Shown here: one piece after another, positions 55,236 through 64,000 of the stretch | Numbering within the stretch: the first letter of the stretch is position 1 | Layout of the letters: each line of letters opens with the position of its first letter | Notes under the pieces: model-generated | Database searches by the model: none | The model's input: only the letters and a program-made list of their open reading frames with translations | Told to the model about the DNA's origin: nothing | Assembly (NCBI GenBank): GCA_965217775.1 | Contig: CBDCJH010000002.1 | Span: forward strand, 4,640,001 to 4,704,000 | Origin: Acidobacteriota bacterium | Lineage (GTDB): Bacteria > Acidobacteriota > UBA6911 > RPQK01 > JAJDTT01 | Length of the DNA: 64,000 nt | Reading direction: 5' to 3' | Made by a program: the position numbers and the translations under genes

Positions 55236-56411
55236 AGTCGCCTCTCCCAGTGGGCGACTGGAAATCGCCCCTCCGGGCGATTGGAAATTGCCCGTCCCGC
55301 AGACTTCCCGGATCATGCGGCGATAGATCTCCACCGCTGCTTCGAGTTGCTCGATGGAGATCCACTCTCCCACCGTGTGGGCCTGGGCGATGTTGCCGGG
55401 ACCCAGGACCACCAATTCGTCGACCTGGTCCTTGATCCAGATGGAGTCGGTACCGTAGGGGACGGTCTTGGGCTTCCGTCCGCCGCCGGCCCGGGATGCC
55501 AGTTGCACCAGGTCGGCATCGGGAGGAACGTAGAAAGGACCCTTGTACGCGGTCTCCACCTCCAGGCCGTGGGCTCTGGCCCTGCCGGCGACGATCTCCA
55601 TCAGTTCCCGGCTCTGGTCGCCGGGCATGGGCCGGAAGCCGACTTGGCAGGTGCACCTGGCCGCGCTCACGTTGGGGCGGGTGCCGCCGTCCTCGAAGAC
55701 CATGTTGAAACCGTTGGTGGGCGGATCGAAGTCCGGGTTCCGGTAGCGGGGATCCTTTTTCACATCCTTGGCCAGCTCAGCCATCTCGGCCAGGAAAGGA
55801 GCGATCAGAAAATTGGCCGAGGTGCCGAGATCGGTGCTGGTGTGGGCCGCTCTGCCCCGGGCCGTGGCCATGACCAGGACTCCGCCCTTGTGGGCATAGA
55901 CCGGCCACAACTCGGTAGGCTCGGCCACTACAGCGTAGGTCGGCCGTGCTTCGTTGAAGAACCGGGACTCCCGGACCACCTGCTTGGCCCCGCCCCCGCC
56001 CACTTCCTCGTCGGCGGTGGCCATGACCAGGACCGGATGCTTCAGGTCCCCTGAGTCCACCGTCGCGGCCGCAGCCATGGTGGCCGCCAGAGGTCCCTTC
56101 ATGTCGCAGGATCCCCTTCCGGAAATCTTTCCGTCCCCGGCCACCGGGTCGTAGGGGTCCCAGTCCTCTTCCTGTCCCGGCACCGTGTCGGTGTGGGAGA
56201 AGAAGGCCAACCCCCCCGTTCCCGATCCCTTCCGGCCGACGATGCTGACCTTGGTCTCCCCGTTTTCGTCCACGTAGTCGAGGCGCTCGGTTTCGAAGCC
56301 GTGCTCTCGAAACCGCTCCTCCACCAGGTCGGAGATCAGAGCGTTGCTCCAGCGGCTGACGGATTTGATGGCGACGAGATCCCGGGTCAGGGAAACAGGG
56401 TCGAGTTGCAT
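55113..56411 (-). CDS. argE: M20 family metallopeptidase / acetylornithine deacetylase
   Basis: SHTDTVP, GRGSCDMKG, DEE, VAEPT, GPG..AHT; no stop before the intron, so the ORF runs into it. Confidence 0.85.
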   Translation of the reverse strand: MQLDPVSLTRDLVAIKSVSRWSNALISDLVEERFREHGFETERLDYVDENGETKVSIVGRKGSGTGGLAFFSHTDTVPGQEEDWDPYDPVAGDGKISGRGSCDMKGPLAATMAAAATVDSGDLKHPVLVMATADEEVGGGGAKQVVRESRFFNEARPTYAVVAEPTELWPVYAHKGGVLVMATARGRAAHTSTDLGTSANFLIAPFLAEMAELAKDVKKDPRYRNPDFDPPTNGFNMVFEDGGTRPNVSAARCTCQVGFRPMPGDQSRELMEIVAGRARAHGLEVETAYKGPFYVPPDADLVQLASRAGGGRKPKTVPYGTDSIWIKDQVDELVVLGPGNIAQAHTVGEWISIEQLEAAVEIYRRMIREVCGTGNFQSPGGAISSRPLGEATVRQANWHKIGGGSPPKRRTNHPRFSASRALAPVRVSAKRR

Positions 56412-56497
56412 GCGAATTTCTCCTGCTCAACAGGCGGGCGCCAAAGTCCGCTCGGCGCCCACTCTTTTCCTCTTTACTCTTTCCTCTTTGCTTTCCG

Positions 56498-57967
56498 TCA
56501 GGCGAGGATCTCGTGGACCAGCCGGGCCGGATACTGATCGGTGAGGCGCTCCTCCAAGCCGTGGCGCCGGTAAACCAGGTCTCGATGGTTCAGGCCCAGC
56601 AGGTGCAGGAAGGTGGCGTGAAAATCGTGGACGCTGACCCGGTCCACGGCGGCCTTGTGGCCGATGTCGTCGGTGGCGCCGTGGACGTAGCCGGCCTTGA
56701 CTCCCCCTCCGGCCATCCAGAGGCTGAAGCCGTCGGGACCGTGATCCCGGCCGGCGGAGCCGCCGTCTCGAAGCTGGGAGATGGGCATGCGGCCGAACTC
56801 GCCTCCCCAGATGACCAGCGTGTCGTCCAGCAGCCCCCGCTGCTTCAGATCGCGAACCAGGGCGGCGGACGGCTGGTCCGTCTTCCGGCAGCAGTTCTCC
56901 AGGTTCTTCTTCAAGTCGGAGTGATTGTCCCAGATCTGGTACTCGATGAAGATCTGGACGAAGCGCACTCCCCGTTCCACCAGGCGCCGGGCCAGCAGGC
57001 AGCGTCGCCCGTAGGAGGCGGTGGCCTCGTTGTTGAGACCGTACATCTCCTTGGTGGCCTCGCTCTCCCGGGAGAGGTCCAGGGCGTCGCTGGCGGCCAA
57101 CTGCATGCGGGCGGCCAGTTCGTAGGAGGAGATCCGGGCGTCCAGATCCGGCTGCCAGGGACGTTCCAGGCGATGAGAATGGTCGAGGCTGCGCAGCAGC
57201 GACCGTTCGGCTTCGATCAGGGGGTTGGGCAGCCGCTCCCTGGGATTCAGGTTGAGCACGGCCGGGTCCTTCTCCCGGAACCGCGTGCCCTGATACATCG
57301 GGGGAAGCCAGCCCGACTGCCAGTTCTGAATCCCGTTGACCGGCAGCTTCTTGTCTTCCAGAACCACATAGCCGGGCAGGTTCCGGTTCTCGGTGCCCAG
57401 AGCGTAGGTGACCCATGCCCCCAGGGTGGGGCGGCCCGTAATCGTCCGGCCCGTGTGAAAGAGGTTGATGGAGGGCTCGTGATTGAAGTGCTCTCCGTAC
57501 ATGGACCGGACCAGGGTGATGTCGTCCACGATCCCGGCGGTATGCGGCAGGAGCTCCGACAGCTCCATCCCGCACTTGCCGTGCCGGGAGAACTCCCACG
57601 GCGACGGCATCAGGGTCCCCACCTGATCCATGTTCTCGATCTGGTTGAGCAGGTCCCGGGGGGCGGCGCCACCCGCCATTCGAGCCAGGGTCGGCTTGGG
57701 GTCGAAGAGGTCGACCTGGCTGGGGCCGCCGTTCATGAACAAGTGTATGACCGATTTGGCCTTGGGATCATGATGGGGAGCCAGCGGAGTCAAGTCGACC
57801 CGGGGCCGGCTCCCGTCGGGGCTCGGCGAACCGAGAAGATCCTTTTGCAGCAGCCAGGCCAGTGCGGCGCCGTGGACTCCGTCGCCGAGACGGGAGAAGA
57901 AGTCCCGCCGGGTGCCGCGGAGGTTCGATCCGAAATTGGCCATGAGGTGCCTCGCTCGGTCAGTCAA
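56498..57967 (-). CDS. DUF1501 domain protein
   Basis: Tat-like RRDFF, GGPSQVDLFDPKP, GEFGRMP, GRDH. Confidence 0.93.
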   Translation of the reverse strand: MTDRARHLMANFGSNLRGTRRDFFSRLGDGVHGAALAWLLQKDLLGSPSPDGSRPRVDLTPLAPHHDPKAKSVIHLFMNGGPSQVDLFDPKPTLARMAGGAAPRDLLNQIENMDQVGTLMPSPWEFSRHGKCGMELSELLPHTAGIVDDITLVRSMYGEHFNHEPSINLFHTGRTITGRPTLGAWVTYALGTENRNLPGYVVLEDKKLPVNGIQNWQSGWLPPMYQGTRFREKDPAVLNLNPRERLPNPLIEAERSLLRSLDHSHRLERPWQPDLDARISSYELAARMQLAASDALDLSRESEATKEMYGLNNEATASYGRRCLLARRLVERGVRFVQIFIEYQIWDNHSDLKKNLENCCRKTDQPSAALVRDLKQRGLLDDTLVIWGGEFGRMPISQLRDGGSAGRDHGPDGFSLWMAGGGVKAGYVHGATDDIGHKAAVDRVSVHDFHATFLHLLGLNHRDLVYRRHGLEERLTDQYPARLVHEILA

Positions 57968-60875
57968 TATACAGAAACTCCCCCGAATTGAGGAGCGTGA
58001 GGACCACCGAACTCAGCGCCGACCAGCGGGCCCCGGGACCCCGGGGCGCCGGATCGTTCTTCTGATTCAGGTGGCCGCGCCACTCCCGCTGCAGGCGTTG
58101 CAGCGACTCCTCGATGCGCCGGCTCTCCCCGGGGGTGGGATAGCGGCTCAGGACTTCCAAATAGAGTTTCTCGATCTGCCCCGGCGTGTCTCCCGGAGCC
58201 TGATCCATGAGCCGGCCCGCCAGATAGCGGGCGTGGCCGCGCATCAGCTCTCCGTTGATGAGCTGCAGCGCCTGCAAGGGGACGGTGGACTGCCGGCGTT
58301 GGCCGCAGTTCGGAATCATCACCGGATAGTCGAAGGCCTCCAGGGAGGAGACGGGCATGCGGCGCCGCTTGAGCAGATAGACGGCCCGGCGCCACCCGCC
58401 CGAGGTCGATTCGGGCACCACCTCGCCGCTGGATTCCTCCTTCAGGGGGACGGGAATTCCGAAGGGAGTCGCGTCCAGGCGGCCCGTGACGCGCAACACC
58501 GAATCGTGCAGGGCCTCGGCTTCCAGACGTCTCATGCGCATTCGGGAAAGGAGCAGGTTGTCGGGGTCCCGCTGCCGGACCCGGGGGCCGACCCGGGACG
58601 TCTGCCGGTAGGCCGCCGAGGTCATGATCAGCCGGTGCACGGCCTTCATGCTCCACCCCCGGTCCACGAACTCGGCCGCCAGCCAATCCAAAAGCTGCGG
58701 ATGGGTCGGCTGGGACCCGGTCTTGCCGAAGTCGCCCGGGGTGGTGACGAGTTCGCGGCCGAAGTGATGCCCCCAGATCCGATTGACCTGGACCCGAGAA
58801 GTCAGAGGGTGCCCCTCCTGGGTCAGCCAGCGGGCCAGGCCCAGACGGTTGCCGCTGGTGTCCCGTCCCGGGGGCGGCAGCGGCCGGTAGGGTTCCAGGC
58901 CGGTGCCGGACAGTACTCGGGGCACCTCCGGGACCACCCGTTCCGCCACTGACTGGGCTTCTCCCCGGTTCAGACGATAAACGGGAGACGGGTCCCCTCC
59001 CATGTCGTAGAGGGCCCGGATGCCGGGCAGGGTCCGGTACTTGGTCTTGTCCCGGAAATTGGTCTCGGACCCGTACTTGGAGTTCTTGATGTGGGCGATG
59101 TCCTTTTCCAACTGGCCGGCGGACTTCTTGAACTCGGGGAAACGGTCCCCCAGGGTGGCATAGGCGGGATCCACCACCTCCTTGAACTTCCGGCCCAGGA
59201 AACGCTGGAGACTGGTGCGTTTCGCTTCGGACGTCCTGGCGATAGCCCTGAGGTCCGCTTGAAGGTCGGAAGGCAGGGCGTCCAGCGCCTCCTTCTGGAA
59301 TTTCTCCTTGTAGGGTCGAGCCTTTTCCTTCAGCTCCGATTCCAGGTTTCGGAGCTTGACCTGGAGAGGGGCGTTGTGGGCCTCGACCTCCTTGAGATCC
59401 GCCTCCAGAGCGACACGCAGCACCCGTTTGGTGGGCGGACGCCAGTCGTAGGGGTCGAGGGCGGTCTGGAAGATGGCGGCCAGGCTGTAGTACTCGCGCT
59501 GGCTCAGGGGATCGTACTTGTGGTCGTGGCAGCGGGCACAACCGATGGTCAGGCCCAGAACCGAAGAGCCCAGGACCTGGAGCTCGTCGGCGATGACGTC
59601 CATCCTTTCCTGGAGCGACCCATTGGGCTGGCCATAGGTGCCGTCGGGGGCCAGCCGCAGGAAGCCGGTGGCGGCGACAACGTCCACCAGTTCCTGGGTG
59701 ACCTCCTTCTGTTTCTTGTAGTCCACCAGCTCGTCGCCCGCCAACTGCTCGGTCAGGAAACGGTCGTAAGGAGTGTCCCGGTTCAGCGCCCGGATCACGT
59801 AGTCGCGATAGCGCCAGGCATGAGGGCGGACCTTGTCCTCGTCGATGATCCCCTCCGAATCGCTGTACCCGGCCAGGTCGAACCAGTACTGGGCCCAGCG
59901 CTCCCCGTAGGCGGGAGAGTCCAGGAGCCGGTCCAGGAGCCGCTCGTAGGCCCCCGGCTCCCGGTCCTCCAGGTAGTCCAGGACCTCCTGGGAGGTGGGG
60001 GGCATTCCGGTCAGGTCCAGATAGGCCCGGCGCAGCAGGACCAGGGGCTCGGCCTCGGGAGAGAAGCCGAGGTCCTTGGCTTCCAGCCGTGCCAGCAGAA
60101 AGAGGTCGATGGGATTGCGGGCCTGCCCGGGATGACGGACTCGCGGCTGATCCGGCCTGCGCGGAGAGCGGAAGGACCAGAACTCCGTGTCTTCCGGAGA
60201 CAGGGGGGGATCCGCGACGGCATCCACCTGGGGCGGGTCGGCCGGGGCCCCGGCCAGAACCCACTGTCTCAGGACCTCCACCTCGGCCGTGGTGGGCGGC
60301 CGGATCTTGTCCAGGGGGGGCATCTCCTGGGAGATGATGCGGGAAAAGAGCAGACTCCGGCCCGGGTCGCCGGGGACGAGAGCCGGCCCCGATTCGCCTC
60401 CCCGCAGCCGGCTGGCCCGGGTCCGCAGGTCCAGTCCCGCCTCCTGCCTGGCCTTGCCGTGACAGTTGACGCAGTGCATCTGAAAGATGGGCAGCACGTC
60501 CTTCTCGGTATGGAGCCGGCCGCCCGTGTAAGCGGCCTGGGCGTCGATCCAGAGCCGGATGGCCCGGGTCTCCTCCGGGGACAGATTGACGTCCCCCGGG
60601 GGCATGGCGCCCGAGATCAACTTGGAGACCAGCAGGCTCCGGTCCGAGTCCCCGAGCATCAGTGCGGGTCCCGACTTCCCTCCGGCCAACATGGCCTCGA
60701 GGGTGCCCAGGTGGAGCTGGCCCTGGGGATCGGCGCCACTGTGGCATTGGAGACAGTTCTTCTCGAAGATGGGGAGGACGTCTTTTTGGAAATCGGAGTC
60801 AGCGGCCCCGGTGGCCTGAAGGCTGGAGCCGAGGATCAGGCCAGCCAGGGACGTCACACAGAACTTGCGCAACAT
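57960..60875 (-). CDS. PSD1/planctomycete cytochrome c protein (DUF1549 + DUF1553)
   Basis: CLQCH, CVNCH and CARCHDHKYDP; YGERWA; PTHPQLLDWLA. Confidence 0.93.
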   Translation of the reverse strand: MLRKFCVTSLAGLILGSSLQATGAADSDFQKDVLPIFEKNCLQCHSGADPQGQLHLGTLEAMLAGGKSGPALMLGDSDRSLLVSKLISGAMPPGDVNLSPEETRAIRLWIDAQAAYTGGRLHTEKDVLPIFQMHCVNCHGKARQEAGLDLRTRASRLRGGESGPALVPGDPGRSLLFSRIISQEMPPLDKIRPPTTAEVEVLRQWVLAGAPADPPQVDAVADPPLSPEDTEFWSFRSPRRPDQPRVRHPGQARNPIDLFLLARLEAKDLGFSPEAEPLVLLRRAYLDLTGMPPTSQEVLDYLEDREPGAYERLLDRLLDSPAYGERWAQYWFDLAGYSDSEGIIDEDKVRPHAWRYRDYVIRALNRDTPYDRFLTEQLAGDELVDYKKQKEVTQELVDVVAATGFLRLAPDGTYGQPNGSLQERMDVIADELQVLGSSVLGLTIGCARCHDHKYDPLSQREYYSLAAIFQTALDPYDWRPPTKRVLRVALEADLKEVEAHNAPLQVKLRNLESELKEKARPYKEKFQKEALDALPSDLQADLRAIARTSEAKRTSLQRFLGRKFKEVVDPAYATLGDRFPEFKKSAGQLEKDIAHIKNSKYGSETNFRDKTKYRTLPGIRALYDMGGDPSPVYRLNRGEAQSVAERVVPEVPRVLSGTGLEPYRPLPPPGRDTSGNRLGLARWLTQEGHPLTSRVQVNRIWGHHFGRELVTTPGDFGKTGSQPTHPQLLDWLAAEFVDRGWSMKAVHRLIMTSAAYRQTSRVGPRVRQRDPDNLLLSRMRMRRLEAEALHDSVLRVTGRLDATPFGIPVPLKEESSGEVVPESTSGGWRRAVYLLKRRRMPVSSLEAFDYPVMIPNCGQRRQSTVPLQALQLINGELMRGHARYLAGRLMDQAPGDTPGQIEKLYLEVLSRYPTPGESRRIEESLQRLQREWRGHLNQKNDPAPRGPGARWSALSSVVLTLLNSGEFLYID

Positions 60876-61171
60876 GATCTTTTCTCGTGTCTTCAAAATT
60901 ACAACGGAAGACGGTGTCGGGGCAACCGAAGCGGAGGAACGGGGCAAAAGAGAAGAGAGAGGCTTGCCGGCTGGTCGGACCCGGTCGCCATCGCTGTCGT
61001 GCTTATCCCTTGTCCTTTGAAGTCTTCGATGAAGGTGAAGACTCGCGGACGCGCGGTGGGGTCGATACCTCCTGCTGCGGGACGAGCGGCTGGTAGGGCC
61101 TGATTTTGATCCGATGACGGAATATGATTCCCCAGTTGCCCGAAATCGAGAGGCTCCAGAACGCCTTCATA

Positions 61172-61435
61172 TTACCTTTCAGACGGTGGAGCCGAACGCC
61201 GGTGGGAAACGCTCACGACCAGTACAAGGAGTAAATCTTCGCGCACTTCGTAAAGCACGCGGTAGTCTCCGACGCGAAGCCGACGCAGACCCCGCCTACC
61301 TCCCTTCAGCGCATTGCCGAGGAAGGGGTTCTCTGCCAGACGGTCGATGGCCGCGACAATTCGCGTTCGATCCTTCCTGGCAACTCGCTTCAGTTCCTTG
61401 GCTGCGCTGCCCTTAATCCGTATCGAGAAGTTCAC
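61172..61435 (-). CDS. RelE/ParE family toxin
   Basis: [19 protein letters not shown]. Confidence 0.9.
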   Translation of the reverse strand: MNFSIRIKGSAAKELKRVARKDRTRIVAAIDRLAENPFLGNALKGGRRGLRRLRVGDYRVLYEVREDLLLVLVVSVSHRRSAPPSER

Positions 61436-61670
61436 GCCTGACCTGATCCCAATCCAGCACCGGATCGCTCGGATCACGGAGCCGTTCGACGGCTATGGAA
61501 AGATCGTCGAAGTCTTCAAGGTAACGTTCGACCGCCCGGCGAACGATCTCCGCCCGGCTGCGATGGAATCGGCGGGCGACCGCGTCCAGTGCATTGACAA
61601 CCGTATCCGGCAGGCGCGCGGTGATTTGGGTCTTGGACTCTGTAATGTTCGATGCTTGCATTTGCATCAC
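61413..61670 (-). CDS. Ribbon-helix-helix antitoxin
   Basis: ITARLP..LD..A....SRAEIVRRAVERYL; overlaps the toxin start. Confidence 0.88.
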   Translation of the reverse strand: MMQMQASNITESKTQITARLPDTVVNALDAVARRFHRSRAEIVRRAVERYLEDFDDLSIAVERLRDPSDPVLDWDQVRRELLDTD

Positions 61671-61805
61671 ATTACTTCAGATCGATGGCAATCTCAATCT
61701 TGTCATCGCCGCCTGAACCGCACTTCTGAAACCGCGGAATTCGGCGGCCGGTGAGCTGCCGCTCCTGGTTTCGGTGGATGGTTACAATCACCATGGGATG
61801 CTACG

Positions 61806-63170
61806 GTGTGTCTGCAGATGAAAGGAGTCATGCGGGCGATCCGGTTGGTGGTGGTCATGGCGCTGGTAGCGGGCGCCGCTTGCGGGCCGGCGCGGATTCC
61901 GCTGATTTCGACCGGGCCTCTCGACGACCTGGACCGGATTCCTCAGGACGCCACGGCCTTTACCGGGAGCGGGGACCGGCCCATTCTCCAGGTCGACAAG
62001 GACTGGCTCGAGAAATTCGAAGCCTACTGGTACGGGCCCTGGGAGCGAACCGAGCCCGCGGTCTGCAGGGAGGCGGCGTTCGGTTGGGCCGCCGAATCGT
62101 TCTCCAGGAAGCCGGTCTTCGGTCCCAGTCTGCTGAAACTTTCCACCTCCCAGGTGGAAGCCGTCGTGGCCAATGCGCAACTGGATGAATTTCCCAGTCG
62201 AGCCGAATACGGGATCGCCATCCGCAACACGGCCCTGCGGGCGCTTCCTTCGGCGGAACCCTTCTATTTCGACTTCCGGAAGGCGGGAGAGGGATACCCG
62301 TTCGACTACAACCAGAATTCGGCGGTCTGGGCGGGGACGCCCCTTTTCCTGACCCACGTCTCCCGGGACGGTCGGTTTCTGGGCGCCGAATCGCCTTATA
62401 CCTGCGGTTGGATCGATGCGCGGGACGTGGCGTTCGTCGACGAGGAGTTCATGGCTGCGTACCGGCGTCCCCGCTTGGCCGCGCTGCGGCGGGACCGGTT
62501 CCCAGTCTCCGGGGATCCCGGCGGATTCCTCTTCGAGGGGCGGATCGGAATGCTGTTGCCGATGGAGGGCAGAGGCGAACCCGGAGGCGTCCGGCTGCTG
62601 GCTCCCGTGGCTGACGCGAGCCGCCGGGCGTCCCTGTCACAGGTCCGGCTGGCGGAACCGGATGCCGCGCCGATTCCTTTTCCGTTCTCCCAGGATCGTC
62701 TGGCCGAGCTGATCAACCAGATCGTGGGGCAACCCTACGGTTGGGGTGGACTGGGCGGTCATCGCGACTGTTCCTCCACCATCCTGGATATCTTCCTGCC
62801 CTTCGGACTTCGCCTGCCGCGCAACTCGAGAAGTCAGGCGAGTGCGGGGAAAAACGTGGACCTCACCGAACTCTCCGCGGACGAAAAACGAAAGCGAATT
62901 CTGGAAGCGGCGGTCCCCTTCCGCACGCTTTTGAACATCAGGGGCCACGTCATGCTCTATCTCGGAGCCTTCCGGGGCTCCCCGGTGGCGTTTCACACCA
63001 TCTGGGGACTTCGGACGGCTTCCCGGGACGAATCAAGCTCGGGGCGGTTTCTGATCGGGAAATCGGTCATCACCAGTCTGTCGCCGGGACTCGAGATCAG
63101 CGAGTTGTCACCGAGCAGGGGCGACCTGCTGGACCGCATCGACTCTTTCACGCTGCTGGGAGAGGAGTAG
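61806..63170 (+). CDS. NlpC/P60 family lipoprotein with SH3 domains
   Basis: Lipobox-like GAAC, PYGWGG, RDCS, LPRNS, GHVMLY. Confidence 0.9.
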   Translation: MCLQMKGVMRAIRLVVVMALVAGAACGPARIPLISTGPLDDLDRIPQDATAFTGSGDRPILQVDKDWLEKFEAYWYGPWERTEPAVCREAAFGWAAESFSRKPVFGPSLLKLSTSQVEAVVANAQLDEFPSRAEYGIAIRNTALRALPSAEPFYFDFRKAGEGYPFDYNQNSAVWAGTPLFLTHVSRDGRFLGAESPYTCGWIDARDVAFVDEEFMAAYRRPRLAALRRDRFPVSGDPGGFLFEGRIGMLLPMEGRGEPGGVRLLAPVADASRRASLSQVRLAEPDAAPIPFPFSQDRLAELINQIVGQPYGWGGLGGHRDCSSTILDIFLPFGLRLPRNSRSQASAGKNVDLTELSADEKRKRILEAAVPFRTLLNIRGHVMLYLGAFRGSPVAFHTIWGLRTASRDESSSGRFLIGKSVITSLSPGLEISELSPSRGDLLDRIDSFTLLGEE

Positions 63171-63269
63171 GGGCTCCGTTGTCCGGCGTGCGGTCAGGGC
63201 TGACGATCCGATTCCGCGGCCATCATCACCAGGTACCGGCTTTCAATCTCCCTGTGCCCGGGGATGAGT

Positions 63270-63590
63270 TCAAGCGGCGTTTCCGCGTCCATTGCGGACC
63301 AAGAAATCCCGCAGCACATCGAGAGTTCCCTCGATCCGACCCAGACGGTCGCGGAGATTTCCAAACTGGCGGTCCACATGGTCGCGGAGAGTTCCGTTCT
63401 GGTGATCCGCATGGTCGCGGAGAGCTCCGACCTGGTGATCCGTATGGTTGCGGAGATCTCCGATCTGCTGATCCACACTGTCGCGGAAATCCCGTAACTC
63501 GCCGCGCACGGAACGGATGGATCGGTCCAGGTAGAGGAATCCCAAAATGAGAACCGCCGAAGTGATCCACTGGGCGAGTTCAGATGGCAT
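63270..63590 (-). CDS. Small TM + coiled-coil protein with 11-aa repeats
   Basis: GAGG RBS; LRDHxDxQxG repeats; RLGRIEG end. Confidence 0.75.
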   Translation of the reverse strand: MPSELAQWITSAVLILGFLYLDRSIRSVRGELRDFRDSVDQQIGDLRNHTDHQVGALRDHADHQNGTLRDHVDRQFGNLRDRLGRIEGTLDVLRDFLVRNGRGNAA

Positions 63591-63859
63591 CAGTTCCTCG
63601 TAGAAACAAGAATAACATTCCGGACGCGCTCCGGTAGCTGCCGCATCCACTGCCCTGCCCGCGCCGCATACTCCCCCAATTGGCCTCATATGCGATTGGA
63701 CGGGACATGGAGGAAGGGGCGACTGGAAATCGCCCCTCCACCCGGCCCTCGAGCTTCTGATATCTAATAACGTTGCGTTTGAGAAAAACGCGAAAGTCGG
63801 TGCAGATTCCTCCGAGAGGAAGCTGCGAGGCTTCTCCTTCCAGCTCCCGGGGATATAGA

Positions 63860-64000
63860 ATGACCTCAATCAAAAGGAGTGGAGCCTTGAGACCGTCCTC
63901 GATTCCGTCCTGGCGTTTCGCCGCCACACTGTGCGGCGCTGCCGCGGTGCTGACCTTGCCGCCGGGATCGGGGGCAGCAGGGACCGAGCCGAAGGCGCCG
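63860..64000 (+). CDS. 5' part of an exported protein (runs off the window)
   Basis: Open frame with a signal-peptide-like segment; AAGGAG before TTG near 63887. Confidence 0.45.
   Translation, partial: MTSIKRSGALRPSSIPSWRFAATLCGAAAVLTLPPGSGAAGTEPKAP

Overview
High-GC bacterial window, probably Acidobacteriota. That assignment is an inference from the Acido-Lenti-1-like RNA, the DUF1501/DUF1553 pair and the DUF1080 gene. Host genes include a complete type II secretion operon (gspE-F-G-H-I-J-K-L-M-C-D, minus strand) behind an ECF sigma/anti-sigma module, a second ECF module, an M23 peptidase, a giant S8 protease, argE, DUF1501 + DUF1549/1553, a RelE/RHH TA pair and an NlpC/P60 protein. The window is saturated with mobile DNA organised around REP-like palindromes: (i) a RAYT next to a tandem REP array; (ii) two IS110 elements whose left ends contain readable bridge-RNA guides matching the REP-like sites they sit in, each with another IS (IS4, ISKra4) nested in its right end; (iii) two identical group II introns inserted at the same position in a REP hairpin loop, with a matching EBS1; (iv) an IS1634 and several MITE families. 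The most unusual object is a tnpB-only cassette (7309-8714). It is bounded by 22-bp terminal inverted repeats and an 8-bp target duplication (IS1595-like ends) rather than IS200/IS605/IS607 ends, sits in a parE toxin gene, and is itself hit by a MITE. All coordinates were read by eye; family assignments come from motif recognition, not database searches.
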